From: a virus
DNA: 64,000 bases
IMG/VR virus record: IMGVR_UViG_3300027763_000050
Span: 1 to 64,000 of that record
Reading direction: 5' to 3' (one strand)
The notes beneath the pieces were generated by a model. It searched no databases. It was not told the origin of the DNA and was given only the letters and a program-made list of their open reading frames with translations. Below, in pieces: positions 19,023 through 28,519 of this stretch (its first letter is position 1; the number at the start of each line of letters is the position of its first letter). The translations under genes were made by a program, and so were the position numbers.

Positions 19023-19045
19023 AAAAAAGAGGGTGAGCGATGGGG

Positions 19046-21523
19046 TCAGCCTGGGTTGCCCGCCTGTTCAGGGGGCGAAGGCGCCACCCAGATGTAGGTG
19101 ATGCGGCCCATGATGCGTTGCCTGCGACTGGTGTACCCGAGCCGTTTCAGCACGTCCGTGATTGGAGTGGTCATAGAACGGTGATCGGTAATGTCCAACC
19201 GCAGCCAACTGAACAAATCCGCGAGGGTGACGTAGGCCTCTCCGGTACGGGCATAGCCACTGATGTTGCGGCTGAGTACCGACATGACGTTGGCTTGGAT
19301 CGGGTTATCAGCAAAGAAGCCCTCGATGTAGCCGCGAATGCTTTCTAGTTCGTAGCTGGTGAACTCCCAGACGGGTTTGTCGAGGTAAGCCTTGTACGCC
19401 GCCGCCCAGATTGAGTCGCGGTCCCGCTGGAGTCGGTCTAGGTCAATGGTCTTAATGCTGTCGTTTTCCCTGCTGGGGACCTTGCCAGCAACGTGGATGG
19501 GCATAAAGCGTCGGTTGCCAGTGGGATCCCGCAGGAAGTCAGTGCTGTTGGTCGCCCCTGCCAGGACAAAGGCACGGGGAAAACTGCGCTCGTTTTCGTA
19601 CTTGCGGGCGGATCGATCGACGGAGACGGAGATCAGGTTCTTGAGTTCTTCCACGTACTCCCGCCTGAAGTAGCGCTCGGTTTCATCGAGAACAACGATC
19701 CAGCCGGCATGGAGGGAATGGGGTTTTTCTTTTAGTTGTTTGATCCCCTGCTGGAGGTAACAGACCCAGGGGAAGGTGCCGGGATCGGAGGGTGACGGCG
19801 GGGTGAGGTATTCAAAGAACTTGGACTTACCGCAGTTCTGGGAGCCAACCAGGATCGGCATCCAAGGCATAGAGCACCCTGGACTGAATACGCGAGCAAC
19901 GGCAGCAATAAGGAACCGTTTCAGTACAGCATTAGAGAGGAGCTCACCGTTGGGAAGTTTTGGGGCCTGAAGGTTGTCGGTCGGTTCGCCTAGTAACTCA
20001 CTGGCTAGACGATCAAAGTAGGGGCATGGTTCGGCATTGACTGAACAAGCCTCGATATAGCGGCGGACAGGGTGATAGGAGTTTTGGCCAGCAACCACCG
20101 AAGTGATGTCAGCGACGAGGGATTTGGTGGCGTTGCGGCCCGTTCGTTCGTTTATGTGGATATAGGTATTGGGCAGGTCTTGGATGATCTGGGGGGAGCG
20201 AGCGGGCCCGTACTCCAGCTCCAGGTTCACAAGGTTCAACCTGAGGCCCGGGTAAAGGGCATTGATTTCTTCCTTTAGCAGTGCGGTCAGGTTCTCGCCC
20301 TCACCCTCGGCATTGGCTTTGGGACGACCTGGGGAGCGGCGCTTAGGGGAATCTGCCTCGGAACGTTCTGCCTCTGCGAGGGTTTTGGCCCACTCCTCTG
20401 GGGAAGGAGGCGGGAGGGGATCATCTTGATCGTCCTCAAAGTCGTTGCCAGGGCTGCGGGGCTGAGGTGGCGGAGACGGTTTAGCCCGTGCTGCCCAGGG
20501 TGCGTCAGGGTTGAACAAGCCGTAATCAGGCTCAGCGGGCGACGGCTCGAACTGAAAATCAAACGGATTAAGGAAATCCTCGTGCGAATAACCGGCGACC
20601 ATTGGGAAAGATCTACGCATGGGGTCCTCTCCAGCGCCGCCCTTGAGCTCGTCTGGCAAACGGTCGCGCCAGGTTGGGTCTAGGTCTGAGGCCAGGAAGA
20701 ACAGTGAGCCCAGAGAGGATCCACGTAACCCGAGAAAGAAGCGTTCGCCTGCTTGACGGGAGTTCTTGCCTTTGCCGTGGTGGCCGCGGGATGCCCAGTC
20801 GGACCAGCAAGGGAACAATTCCATGCCTGCTGATCTGGCTGCTGCTGTGACGCGGATAAATAGGTCCCGTTCGCCGTCATTCGTGGGAGGTATGACTCCC
20901 TCCAGAACAAAGCGCGCCTTTTCAATCGAATCGGAGTCGTAATGCGCGAGATCGGGGTTATAGGAGGAACGGGCCCTGGCTGCCTCCCTGTTGGCGTCAT
21001 CAAGGATGGAAGAAGGCAATACGGCGTCGGGCTGCCAGAGGGGGTGCTCAGCGCGGGAGTTGCCGTAAAAGATGCGAGCTACGTCCTTACAAGACTTGTC
21101 GCCACCGAGAGCCGAGGATAAAATCGTATTAATGGCCCTAAAGAGGTCCGGGTCCTCGATGCGACTGGGGAGACGGAAGACCGCTCGGAACCGATGCTTC
21201 TCGTTGGCCGGGTCATGGGAGCAGGTTGTGTAGACCCAGGCGGCGTACTGAGCCAAGGGATGCTCTAGGAACTGCTCGACACTCAGGCCGTGATCAATGT
21301 CGACAACGGCTAAATCACTGGAGCGGAAAGCGGAATTACTCCGGTGTGCAGAGTGCAGCGCTGATGGCACAAATGCGCCCCCTTTCTGCACCTGAGCCCG
21401 GAGGTCCTCGAGGGTGCCCGAGGTGGTTTTCCAGCCCTTGGCGTAGGACGGATCCCAAGTCTCGGGCTTGTCGAAAATGGAGTCGTGGACAGCGAATTCG
21501 CAGAGGTGCAAGACAGGCGACAT
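19046..21523 (-). CDS. Primase-helicase: AEP primase-polymerase + PriCT-2 + VapE/VirE ATPase
   Basis: VVDIDH and YTTCSH AEP motifs; Walker A GSQNCGKS, Walker B IVVLDE, GATN..DFLRDPTGNRRF; start moved to ATG 21523. Confidence 0.88.
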   Translation of the reverse strand: MSPVLHLCEFAVHDSIFDKPETWDPSYAKGWKTTSGTLEDLRAQVQKGGAFVPSALHSAHRSNSAFRSSDLAVVDIDHGLSVEQFLEHPLAQYAAWVYTTCSHDPANEKHRFRAVFRLPSRIEDPDLFRAINTILSSALGGDKSCKDVARIFYGNSRAEHPLWQPDAVLPSSILDDANREAARARSSYNPDLAHYDSDSIEKARFVLEGVIPPTNDGERDLFIRVTAAARSAGMELFPCWSDWASRGHHGKGKNSRQAGERFFLGLRGSSLGSLFFLASDLDPTWRDRLPDELKGGAGEDPMRRSFPMVAGYSHEDFLNPFDFQFEPSPAEPDYGLFNPDAPWAARAKPSPPPQPRSPGNDFEDDQDDPLPPPSPEEWAKTLAEAERSEADSPKRRSPGRPKANAEGEGENLTALLKEEINALYPGLRLNLVNLELEYGPARSPQIIQDLPNTYIHINERTGRNATKSLVADITSVVAGQNSYHPVRRYIEACSVNAEPCPYFDRLASELLGEPTDNLQAPKLPNGELLSNAVLKRFLIAAVARVFSPGCSMPWMPILVGSQNCGKSKFFEYLTPPSPSDPGTFPWVCYLQQGIKQLKEKPHSLHAGWIVVLDETERYFRREYVEELKNLISVSVDRSARKYENERSFPRAFVLAGATNSTDFLRDPTGNRRFMPIHVAGKVPSRENDSIKTIDLDRLQRDRDSIWAAAYKAYLDKPVWEFTSYELESIRGYIEGFFADNPIQANVMSVLSRNISGYARTGEAYVTLADLFSWLRLDITDHRSMTTPITDVLKRLGYTSRRQRIMGRITYIWVAPSPPEQAGNPG

Positions 21524-21657
21524 AGTGCGGAAGCTGGGCGGAGGAATAGTAGCAACCTCACGCACGCCTGAGCATGCGCACCCCACATATTCGGCAAAAG
21601 GTGCTAGACGGCAGGCTTTATGGGTACTAAGTTGGCAGCTGCACGACGTAAGCCCTG

Positions 21658-22281
21658 ATGACAGCCAGGACACGGGAGGAGGGCAGAAGCCCGGAATGGA
21701 CTGCAGAGCCGGCCACATCGCTACGGAAGCAGCGGTTCGCCGAAGCTGTGACGACAGCAAGCCAGCGGCGAGGGATCTCGTTACGGGCCTTGTGCGAGAT
21801 GCTCGACATACAGAGCGGCACCATGACCAAATACACAAAGGCCGAGATCGACCCCTGGAGCACTAAGGCAAAAATTCAGGCGTTACTAGCTGAAGCGCTT
21901 GGGGTGTCGTTTGATGCGCTGATGAATTTCTATACGACGGGCGAGTTTGTGGCAGGGGTAACGCTTAGTTCCGTTGAGAGCTGGATTAGCCAGGAAGCGG
22001 CGCCCGAGGATTCGGCGAAGATATTGAAGGCATTAGCAGCGATGCACGAACGTTCGACTGTGAAAACTACTGAGTTGTACGCATGGCCTAGGCAGGTGCT
22101 GGAGACATCGCCGTTTGATCGGAGCACTCTTGAGCTGATGGGCGTGACAGAAGAGAAAATCTCAGCTGTTGAGCGGGGCGGTGATGACGATGGGACAATG
22201 GCAAGGGTGATAGCGCACATACTCAATAAGAGCCAAGAAGAGGTATCCGAGGTGCTGGCTCAACGAAAGGAAATTAGTTGA
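21658..22281 (+). CDS. XRE-family HTH transcriptional regulator (candidate repressor)
   Basis: RGISLRALCEMLDIQSGTMTKY...P...LAEALGVSFDAL; divergent from primase. Confidence 0.75.
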   Translation: MTARTREEGRSPEWTAEPATSLRKQRFAEAVTTASQRRGISLRALCEMLDIQSGTMTKYTKAEIDPWSTKAKIQALLAEALGVSFDALMNFYTTGEFVAGVTLSSVESWISQEAAPEDSAKILKALAAMHERSTVKTTELYAWPRQVLETSPFDRSTLELMGVTEEKISAVERGGDDDGTMARVIAHILNKSQEEVSEVLAQRKEIS

Positions 22282-22301
22282 AGCACAGAGTTATAGACAA
22301 T

Positions 22302-22329
22302 AAAAAACCCCAGCGCTAGGCCAGGGTTT
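22302..22329. terminator. Terminator between convergent genes
   Basis: A-tract, AAACCC...GGGTTT stem. Confidence 0.55.
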
Positions 22330-22347
22330 GAGGTATTTGCGGGTAGA

Positions 22348-22404
22348 TCAGCAGCCTTTTTTGCCGCCGCCTTTTGCACCCTTGCCGCCTTTCTTGGTAG
22401 CCAT
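22348..22404 (-). CDS. 18-aa Lys/Gly micropeptide MATKKGGKGAKGGGKKGC
   Basis: Translated by hand; ATG to TGA in an otherwise empty gap. Confidence 0.6.
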   Translation of the reverse strand: MATKKGGKGAKGGGKKGC

Positions 22405-22456
22405 GGTTGTGAATGAGAGTGAACTAATTAAGCATAAGAAAAAAGAGCAAGGACCA

Positions 22457-23218
22457 TTAACCTGCTGCGGCTAATTCTGTGTCCTTAGCAAGTTCTTCTG
22501 CTTCTCTGATTTCGTAGAACTTACGGACTTTCTGGAGGAACTTGGTTTTGTAGCGAGCCAGTTCGTCTCCATGGATAAAGAATTTCTGGGTGATGTGAGG
22601 AGTGCCGACCAGGATTTCAACTAGATCAATCTTTATGTCAAGGGTTTCTTCTAAAGCAAACGCATAGGCAGCGAGCTGGGTGGCGCACTTGGCGTATTTC
22701 ATGTAACCACCAAAATACTGGCGGTTATCGTCTTTGGGGAAATGCCTGCAGTATGGCCCGGTACTGGTTTTGAGGTCAGAGAGAATTGTCAGTCCATTGC
22801 GGGTGCCGACAATATCAGGGCAGCCACAAAATTGGTACTTGTGAGACCAGATGCGTGAGATCCCGTCATCACCAGTGCAGAATTTCCAGTTCGGCTTGAG
22901 TGGTTTTTCGGACCAGATGAAGCTGTCGTAAGGGTCCAGGTGTTGAGCAATGCCTTCCCAGTAAGGCATGTAGTCTTCTGGAAGTTCGACGGGTAGGCCA
23001 CGGATATAGTTTTCAACGGCAGCATGGACGGCGGATCCACGTTTGCTTGCCGCTTCTAGTCCACCTGGGTTCTTTTCATTCCAAGTTTGCAGTGCCTTCC
23101 TAGAGGATTCGCCCGCGGTTTTCGAAAGGATAGTGGTTACGGATGGGTAAGCTTTATCTGATTTGTCAGTACGGTAATAACGGAGGCCGTCCTGCTGGTA
23201 TCGAGTGGGCAGGGCCAA
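22457..23218 (-). CDS. PD-(D/E)XK exonuclease (Cas4/lambda-exo-like)
   Basis: YPSVTTIL, RGSAVH, GCPD...DLKT, QLAAY. Confidence 0.85.
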   Translation of the reverse strand: MALPTRYQQDGLRYYRTDKSDKAYPSVTTILSKTAGESSRKALQTWNEKNPGGLEAASKRGSAVHAAVENYIRGLPVELPEDYMPYWEGIAQHLDPYDSFIWSEKPLKPNWKFCTGDDGISRIWSHKYQFCGCPDIVGTRNGLTILSDLKTSTGPYCRHFPKDDNRQYFGGYMKYAKCATQLAAYAFALEETLDIKIDLVEILVGTPHITQKFFIHGDELARYKTKFLQKVRKFYEIREAEELAKDTELAAAG

Positions 23219-23287
23219 GCAAAGCCGAGACGGCGCCGCTTAAATGTAATGTAAAGGAAAGTTACGAAAGCCCTTACTGCTGAAGGG

Positions 23288-23737
23288 CTATTGATTGGCG
23301 GCTGTTTTGCCTTCCTGTTCGTCCCAAGGGTTATTGATTAGTTCAGCCTGGTCGTCGATATAGTCCCTGCCGCCTTGTTCGGAGCGATAAGCTGCCAATT
23401 CCTCGAGGGTGCGGCGAGCGAGGATTGTGGCGCCTTTGATATATTCCTCCAACGGAATGTCCTCCTCTGCTAGCTTGCCAGCAAGAAGGGGCCCAAGAAT
23501 CGCCAGGTAAGAACTTGTAAAAGCATCGGGGATGTAACCGTTGAAGCTGGCTCCCCCGCCAGTAAAACCGTTCACTAAGTACTCAAGGTTGACCAGGCGC
23601 TGATTTATTGAGCCCAATAGTTCTGCTGACTGAGCTTGCATTAAGGCCTGGGATTTTAGCAACTGTTCGAGGAGAACGAGGTTTTGCTTGGAGACATCTA
23701 GGAAAGTGAGATTCTCATTCATCGATGGAAATGTCAT
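23288..23737 (-). CDS. Hypothetical protein
   Basis: Operon packing. Confidence 0.6.
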   Translation of the reverse strand: MTFPSMNENLTFLDVSKQNLVLLEQLLKSQALMQAQSAELLGSINQRLVNLEYLVNGFTGGGASFNGYIPDAFTSSYLAILGPLLAGKLAEEDIPLEEYIKGATILARRTLEELAAYRSEQGGRDYIDDQAELINNPWDEQEGKTAANQ

Positions 23738-23996
23738 AGCTGATAGAGGGAGTGTTATCGGGCCGAGAGAAAAAACGCATCAGACCAAGGGCGCCCCGTC
23801 TTTCGGGAGGGAGCAGGTTCCAAGCGGTCTGACAAGTAACTTCATCGTAGGTGGAGATAACGGCGCGAACGTCCGCGCAGGTAGAGCAGGTTAAAAGGGA
23901 ATTAAGCGCTGACTGGATATGAGCAGAGGAGGTAGAGGGAAGTGGGCGCTGCAATGACCCGCCAGTCGGTGGGCTTGTGCTTGGCGATGTAGTCAT
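23715..23996 (-). CDS. Hypothetical protein
   Basis: Operon packing; start uncertain. Confidence 0.45.
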   Translation of the reverse strand: MTTSPSTSPPTGGSLQRPLPSTSSAHIQSALNSLLTCSTCADVRAVISTYDEVTCQTAWNLLPPERRGALGLMRFFSRPDNTPSISYDISIDE

Positions 23997-24138
23997 TAGC
24001 TGATTGGTGCGAGTCAATTCTTTGTAGAGAATATGAAGCGGTTGGGGTATGGAGAAAATTGTCAGAAGGAACTGGGGAAGACTCGGGAATTGATTCCAGC
24101 GTAGACATCGGTAGATTCAGTGAAGGTTAGATAAAACA

Positions 24139-24450
24139 ATGAAGCAAATTGAAAGCTCAAAGGAGCAGGAGAACGTAATGGAATCCCGTATGGACGAACA
24201 GTTCGCCTATGAACGACTTGTGAGGTCCTTGGACGGGGCGACCAGGGCTGAGCTAGTCGAGATGTGCAGACTTCTGGCTAAGCAGAGTCTGGTTCTGTAC
24301 CCAGCAGCCATGCGTTATATGGCGAACGAGGCGGCGCGCAACCTATCGGGCGGAGGGCTTGGATGGAAGACGCGGGAAGCTGAACGGCTAGTAGAGCTAT
24401 TGACGGACGGCCAGGGAGTGTCAACTAATACAACCTCCCCGGAAAGCTAG
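24139..24450 (+). CDS. NblA-like protein
   Basis: MDEQFAYERLVRSLDGATRAELVEMCRLLAKQSLV resembles the NblA EQxF two-helix pattern; TAGATT box upstream. Confidence 0.5.
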   Translation: MKQIESSKEQENVMESRMDEQFAYERLVRSLDGATRAELVEMCRLLAKQSLVLYPAAMRYMANEAARNLSGGGLGWKTREAERLVELLTDGQGVSTNTTSPES

Positions 24451-24614
24451 TGGAGGAGGGGAGGGGAACAAGAATGCGAACATTTGTACCATGCACTCTG
24501 GCTTGCAACGATTATGCAGAACGCTGCATAAATGCGTCAACCCATATGAGGGGGTTCATGCAATTACTGCATAGGTATCAAGGAATACATGCCCCCTCCG
24601 CCTTGGGCTAGGGA

Positions 24615-25310
24615 TCAGTCCCAGCCAGACGGCATCCCAGAGGTGGCGACCTCTTGATCAGCGCCGAGCTCGTCCCGCCTTGTAGGTGGCAGCCCCTCGA
24701 GCCTGGCCTCTGCGGGAGGGCCAGCAAAAGGATCGGCGTTTATGTATAGAGCGGGCAGCCAGATAGAGCCTTTTACTGCTGACCAGCGTTTTTCCTCGGC
24801 CTTGATTGGCGCCTTGAGCGTTGGCAGCATTGTGTAAGTGGTATCGAGCTTCTCGCCCTTGCGCTTCAAGGTGAGGTAGAAATTCGCCATTCCCGAATCG
24901 AGGGACTGGTAATCCTCCATTGCAAGAATTTCCTCGAACTGCTCGCGGATTCCTTTTTGGGAAATGGTAACAATTACAAATTCATCACCTTCACGGCGCA
25001 ATGCGGTAAAGGCAAGGAAGTATTTGGGCTTGTCCTTCTCATCAGTACCGTTTGTCTTGGCCTCCCAGGTAAGGCCAATATCGTCAAGGTAATTTTGCGG
25101 GTACTGAGGGAAGCGACGCGGTTTCCCATCCATGTCGTAGTAACTCCAGCCGCAGATAACGTGGCCGGTGTCATGGGTACCGCAGGGGCGCAGGGTAGTG
25201 GATTCACCGTCCTGCAGGGATCTGGGCTCGAAGTAACGATTGCTGCCGGCCCCGTTGCCAGCCTTGTTGTCATCACCTGTGGCGACGTAGTTATCAGGAA
25301 GAAATCCCAT
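24615..25310 (-). CDS. Phage ssDNA-binding/annealing protein-like
   Basis: YF...L.DGES..LR...GW.YY...TISQKGI...LKRKGEKLDTTYTMLP pattern of phage SSBs; acidic tail. Confidence 0.6.
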   Translation of the reverse strand: MGFLPDNYVATGDDNKAGNGAGSNRYFEPRSLQDGESTTLRPCGTHDTGHVICGWSYYDMDGKPRRFPQYPQNYLDDIGLTWEAKTNGTDEKDKPKYFLAFTALRREGDEFVIVTISQKGIREQFEEILAMEDYQSLDSGMANFYLTLKRKGEKLDTTYTMLPTLKAPIKAEEKRWSAVKGSIWLPALYINADPFAGPPAEARLEGLPPTRRDELGADQEVATSGMPSGWD

Positions 25311-25312
25311 GG

Positions 25313-25978
25313 TCAGCTCCAGTCAAAGGGCATGGTGTTGTCAAAAGTCTCGTGGTCGTAACCAGTTGCAGCGCTAGCAGAAGCAGGGTTATGTCCCCCG
25401 CTGCCGTTGCTGCCGCCACGTTTAAAGGTGCGAATTGTGCGGACCTTTAGCTCGTGGTACATCTTGTTGTCCCTGTTTGTGCGGACATCAAGGATTCCGT
25501 GGACTGCAACCAGCGATCCTTTGGGGGTCTCGATGAGCTTGTCCTTGGAGTAACCAAAAGCGCGAATAGGCCACCAATCGGTAACCTCCTCTCGCTGAAC
25601 GTACCTAGAAACGGCGAGGGTTGATCTCGCGGACTTGCCGGACTCAGAAGCAATAGGCTCGCGGGTTAGGCGACCAACGAGCACAACTTCATTGAGAAAC
25701 TGCTCTGCTGTGGCGGGAACCAAGGACTGGCCGCGGACAATGGCCTGGTCGCCGCCTTCATCGAGACCGATGGCACCGGAGGCAATGAATACCTGCCCGG
25801 TAGTGGAGCCAGCCAGAAGATCTCCCCCTGCTGAACCGGCCCGAATCTGCAGAATGACGGGGACGGGGGAATCGCCCGGAGTGGAGCAGATCGTTTCAAG
25901 CACTTCAAGCCCTTCTTTTGGGAGGGGCTGCTGGGCGGGCGGGGAACCCGTGATCAGGGTGATCGTTGCGAACGACAT
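25313..25978 (-). CDS. ssb: Single-stranded DNA-binding protein (tandem OB fold)
   Basis: LNEVVLVGRLTREP...LAVSR...TDW..IRAFG...KGSLVAVHG.L; acidic-aromatic tail. Confidence 0.75.
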   Translation of the reverse strand: MSFATITLITGSPPAQQPLPKEGLEVLETICSTPGDSPVPVILQIRAGSAGGDLLAGSTTGQVFIASGAIGLDEGGDQAIVRGQSLVPATAEQFLNEVVLVGRLTREPIASESGKSARSTLAVSRYVQREEVTDWWPIRAFGYSKDKLIETPKGSLVAVHGILDVRTNRDNKMYHELKVRTIRTFKRGGSNGSGGHNPASASAATGYDHETFDNTMPFDWS

Positions 25979-26077
25979 GCGACTGTCAAATGCATGCCAA
26001 GGTAGCCAGTTTGCAAGATCTGACAAGGATCATCTGTAAGAGCCGGTGAGTATCACGCGAATTGACCAGAGATTCCC

Positions 26078-26683
26078 CTAGGCGCTTACGTATTCCCTTA
26101 GGTAGCGGGCAACTGGAGCGGGCTCGGCTGCATTCAATGGCATTAAAAACACAGTGGCATCCAGGGAATCGGTCTGGATTCGCAAGGGCCCGCCGTCATA
26201 GGAGCTGAATGTGCAGTATTCACTCAAGGGCGCAAGGATGTTGAAGATGCGCAGAAGGTAGTCCGCGTCGTAGCGCCCCTCCGAAACCGGTAACTCGCTG
26301 TCCCATGCCTGCAGACACCTGGACAAGGCCTGGCGGATAGGGGGAAAATCCGCAGTGCTGCGCTGAAAAGTAGAAGTTTTTTTCTCGAAGTTGGTTTTGC
26401 GGAGGGTCAGCACAGTGGCGGTCGAATCTTCCAGGGTTAGGCGCCTCTCTGCTGTCTTAATTGGGCGAGCAATCTTAAGGAGCTGCGGATCTGGTATGAC
26501 ATTGACGGATTCGTCAGCGCTGCCAGTGGGGTCATGGGCAATGAGCGTCACCCTGCCCTGGTCAGAGGAAACGAAAAGCACTCCCCCAGTTGCATGGGGC
26601 TCTATATGTATGACGTGAAAAGGTAGATAGGTACCCAGGAAGGCGCTGGCTACTGAGAAATATGCAGCATTGCATTCAATCAT
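26078..26683 (-). CDS. Sliding-clamp (DnaN-like) domain protein
   Basis: IHIE...VSSDQGR, ADFPPIRQ, YL..I, LRI...VFLMP pattern. Confidence 0.45.
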   Translation of the reverse strand: MIECNAAYFSVASAFLGTYLPFHVIHIEPHATGGVLFVSSDQGRVTLIAHDPTGSADESVNVIPDPQLLKIARPIKTAERRLTLEDSTATVLTLRKTNFEKKTSTFQRSTADFPPIRQALSRCLQAWDSELPVSEGRYDADYLLRIFNILAPLSEYCTFSSYDGGPLRIQTDSLDATVFLMPLNAAEPAPVARYLREYVSA

Positions 26684-26958
26684 GACTAAGTAGTGAGGGG
26701 TTATCGGGGATTAGCCAGCGAAATCGCCAAGGTGAATTACGCAGTTCTAGGTTTTGATTGGCGTCCTGCAGCTCCTCAGGGGAGATGGTTGGCGTCCAGG
26801 ACTGGTCAATAGGGTTGCCGGTGAATGTATCAACAAGAATCACTTTGCCGAGGGTCACGCTTGGGTGCGCGGCCCTACAAGCTAGAAATTAAATCATTGG
26901 TAAAGAAGTTGAGGCCAACGGACGATCGCTAGACTGCATCGACACAAAGAGACAAACC

Positions 26959-27228
26959 GTGATAGGGGTTAAGGAGGTTGGACTTGCTGTAATTGGTGTA
27001 CTGGGATGCAAGTTGGCCTGGGAATGGCGGCGTCTAAATAAGAAGCGAAAAAAACGTCATCTAAACCAAGAATTGGCAAAGCAGTACAGCAACGCCTATG
27101 TGGCGATGATGCAGCGGGCGTACAGAAAGCGGCAAGAATTTCTGCAGCAACCAGGGGTAAAAGATGTCAGGGCAGCGCTGGAGGGCCGAGACTTGATAAT
27201 TGTGGTGACAAAGGTGGCTGAAAAATAA
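26959..27228 (+). CDS. Hypothetical membrane-anchored basic protein
   Basis: TAGACT box upstream; TM then K/R cluster. Confidence 0.55.
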   Translation: MIGVKEVGLAVIGVLGCKLAWEWRRLNKKRKKRHLNQELAKQYSNAYVAMMQRAYRKRQEFLQQPGVKDVRAALEGRDLIIVVTKVAEK

Positions 27229-27260
27229 ATTACTAGAATATTTACACGAGCAATACGACC

Positions 27261-27599
27261 ATGGGACTGGAGCAGAACGAAGACTTTACGTTACGTGGAC
27301 GAGAAGCAACAAGTTATTACGTCGATGACGGTTTGACTGTAGTTTGGTACGAAGAAACCGAGACAGAGCCTGGAATTCTGGATATTCTGTGGGAAGCCGA
27401 CGGGCCTTATGCGGACCTAGACGACGCCTCGCCTGAGGAATTTGAAGAGCGAGTCAGGGAAATTTTGGCCGAACTCTTTGGGGGGGAAGAAGGGGACTTG
27501 GACTTCGAGTTAATTGGGTACGAGGAAATTGGCGAAGAAGAGGAAGAAGAGATAGATGAAGAGGACGATGGCTTTAACGGCTGCAAATTGCCGGGTTGA
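27261..27599 (+). CDS. Highly acidic hypothetical protein
   Basis: TAGAAT box upstream; very D/E-rich. Confidence 0.65.
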   Translation: MGLEQNEDFTLRGREATSYYVDDGLTVVWYEETETEPGILDILWEADGPYADLDDASPEEFEERVREILAELFGGEEGDLDFELIGYEEIGEEEEEEIDEEDDGFNGCKLPG

Positions 27600-27816
27600 T
27601 AGGGCGAAATATTAAGCGAGATCGCTTCGGACCAACAGGGTTGAGCCTGACAGGTAAATTCCGCCTGGATGGCAGGGGTCTCACTTGTGCTGGATAGAAA
27701 TTGTTGCAGTGCCTTAGACGGTGAGGCAAAAGGGGATTCGATGCAGACAAAGGCGCGGACATCGATCAGGTGGTAATACATGCAGCGTGAAGTGGGTTTA
27801 TAGGGGGAGTAAGTCG

Positions 27817-28167
27817 TTAAGCGTCGGCGGGTGGGGTTGGAGACAGATACTGTAAGAGAGCTACTGCCAAATCAATCGCGTATGTTTTCTCGGTAATTAC
27901 TGCATGCCCGGATTTCAGCAGGGCGAGAAGAATGATGTCCTCAAGGTCCCTGTAGCCCCAGGAATTGACCTTAACGAGACGGATAGAGGATTCATCTGCT
28001 GCAGGGTCCAAAGTGCCTTCTTGTTCGGCGTGGGCTTCTAGGACTGATTCGGCGTAGTCCTCGTTGTGGGTTTCAAGCGCAGCCCCAAGCCGTACCAAAT
28101 TCCAGTGAGCTTCTTTACTGATCTCTAAGTGATAAGAGAACTTGCCATTGAATAAGGAGGAAGTCAT
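27817..28167 (-). CDS. Hypothetical protein
   Basis: ATG ORF with a 14-bp direct repeat upstream. Confidence 0.55.
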   Translation of the reverse strand: MTSSLFNGKFSYHLEISKEAHWNLVRLGAALETHNEDYAESVLEAHAEQEGTLDPAADESSIRLVKVNSWGYRDLEDIILLALLKSGHAVITEKTYAIDLAVALLQYLSPTPPADA

Positions 28168-28243
28168 TGCAGGAAAAGCGGGCGACTAGATGCAGGAAAA
28201 GCGGAGCAATAAGGGGTTGATTAATGAGAAATAGAATTGTCTG

Positions 28244-28519
28244 TCACCCAATGTCACTATCTTCCAGGGCTGCTAGCGCCTGATACTGCGGGCTCGGTGG
28301 CTTAGGGCGCCTGCAAGAGTGCAGATACTTAGCAATAGTTGCACTCTGATTGATTGTCAATAAATGGCACTGGGAAATTTGAGCACAGCACGCCTGCAGT
28401 TCACAGTCACTCCCCCAGCCGGCGACAAGGGTAAATACATCTTGGTCCGAACGCGAACCAAGCATGTCTACCCACTCCTGCACTAGCTCAGGCGGTGGGG
28501 TGATTGGGTAATCAGTCAT
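28244..28519 (-). CDS. Hypothetical protein, MTDxPITPPPEL paralog family
   Basis: Paralog of 4284-4646. Confidence 0.7.
   Translation of the reverse strand: MTDYPITPPPELVQEWVDMLGSRSDQDVFTLVAGWGSDCELQACCAQISQCHLLTINQSATIAKYLHSCRRPKPPSPQYQALAALEDSDIG

Noticed and set aside
21524-21838. 105-aa N-terminal extension of the primase-helicase from the ORF track
   Set aside because: Overlaps the divergent XRE gene and its promoter region; ATG 21523 is the more plausible start.
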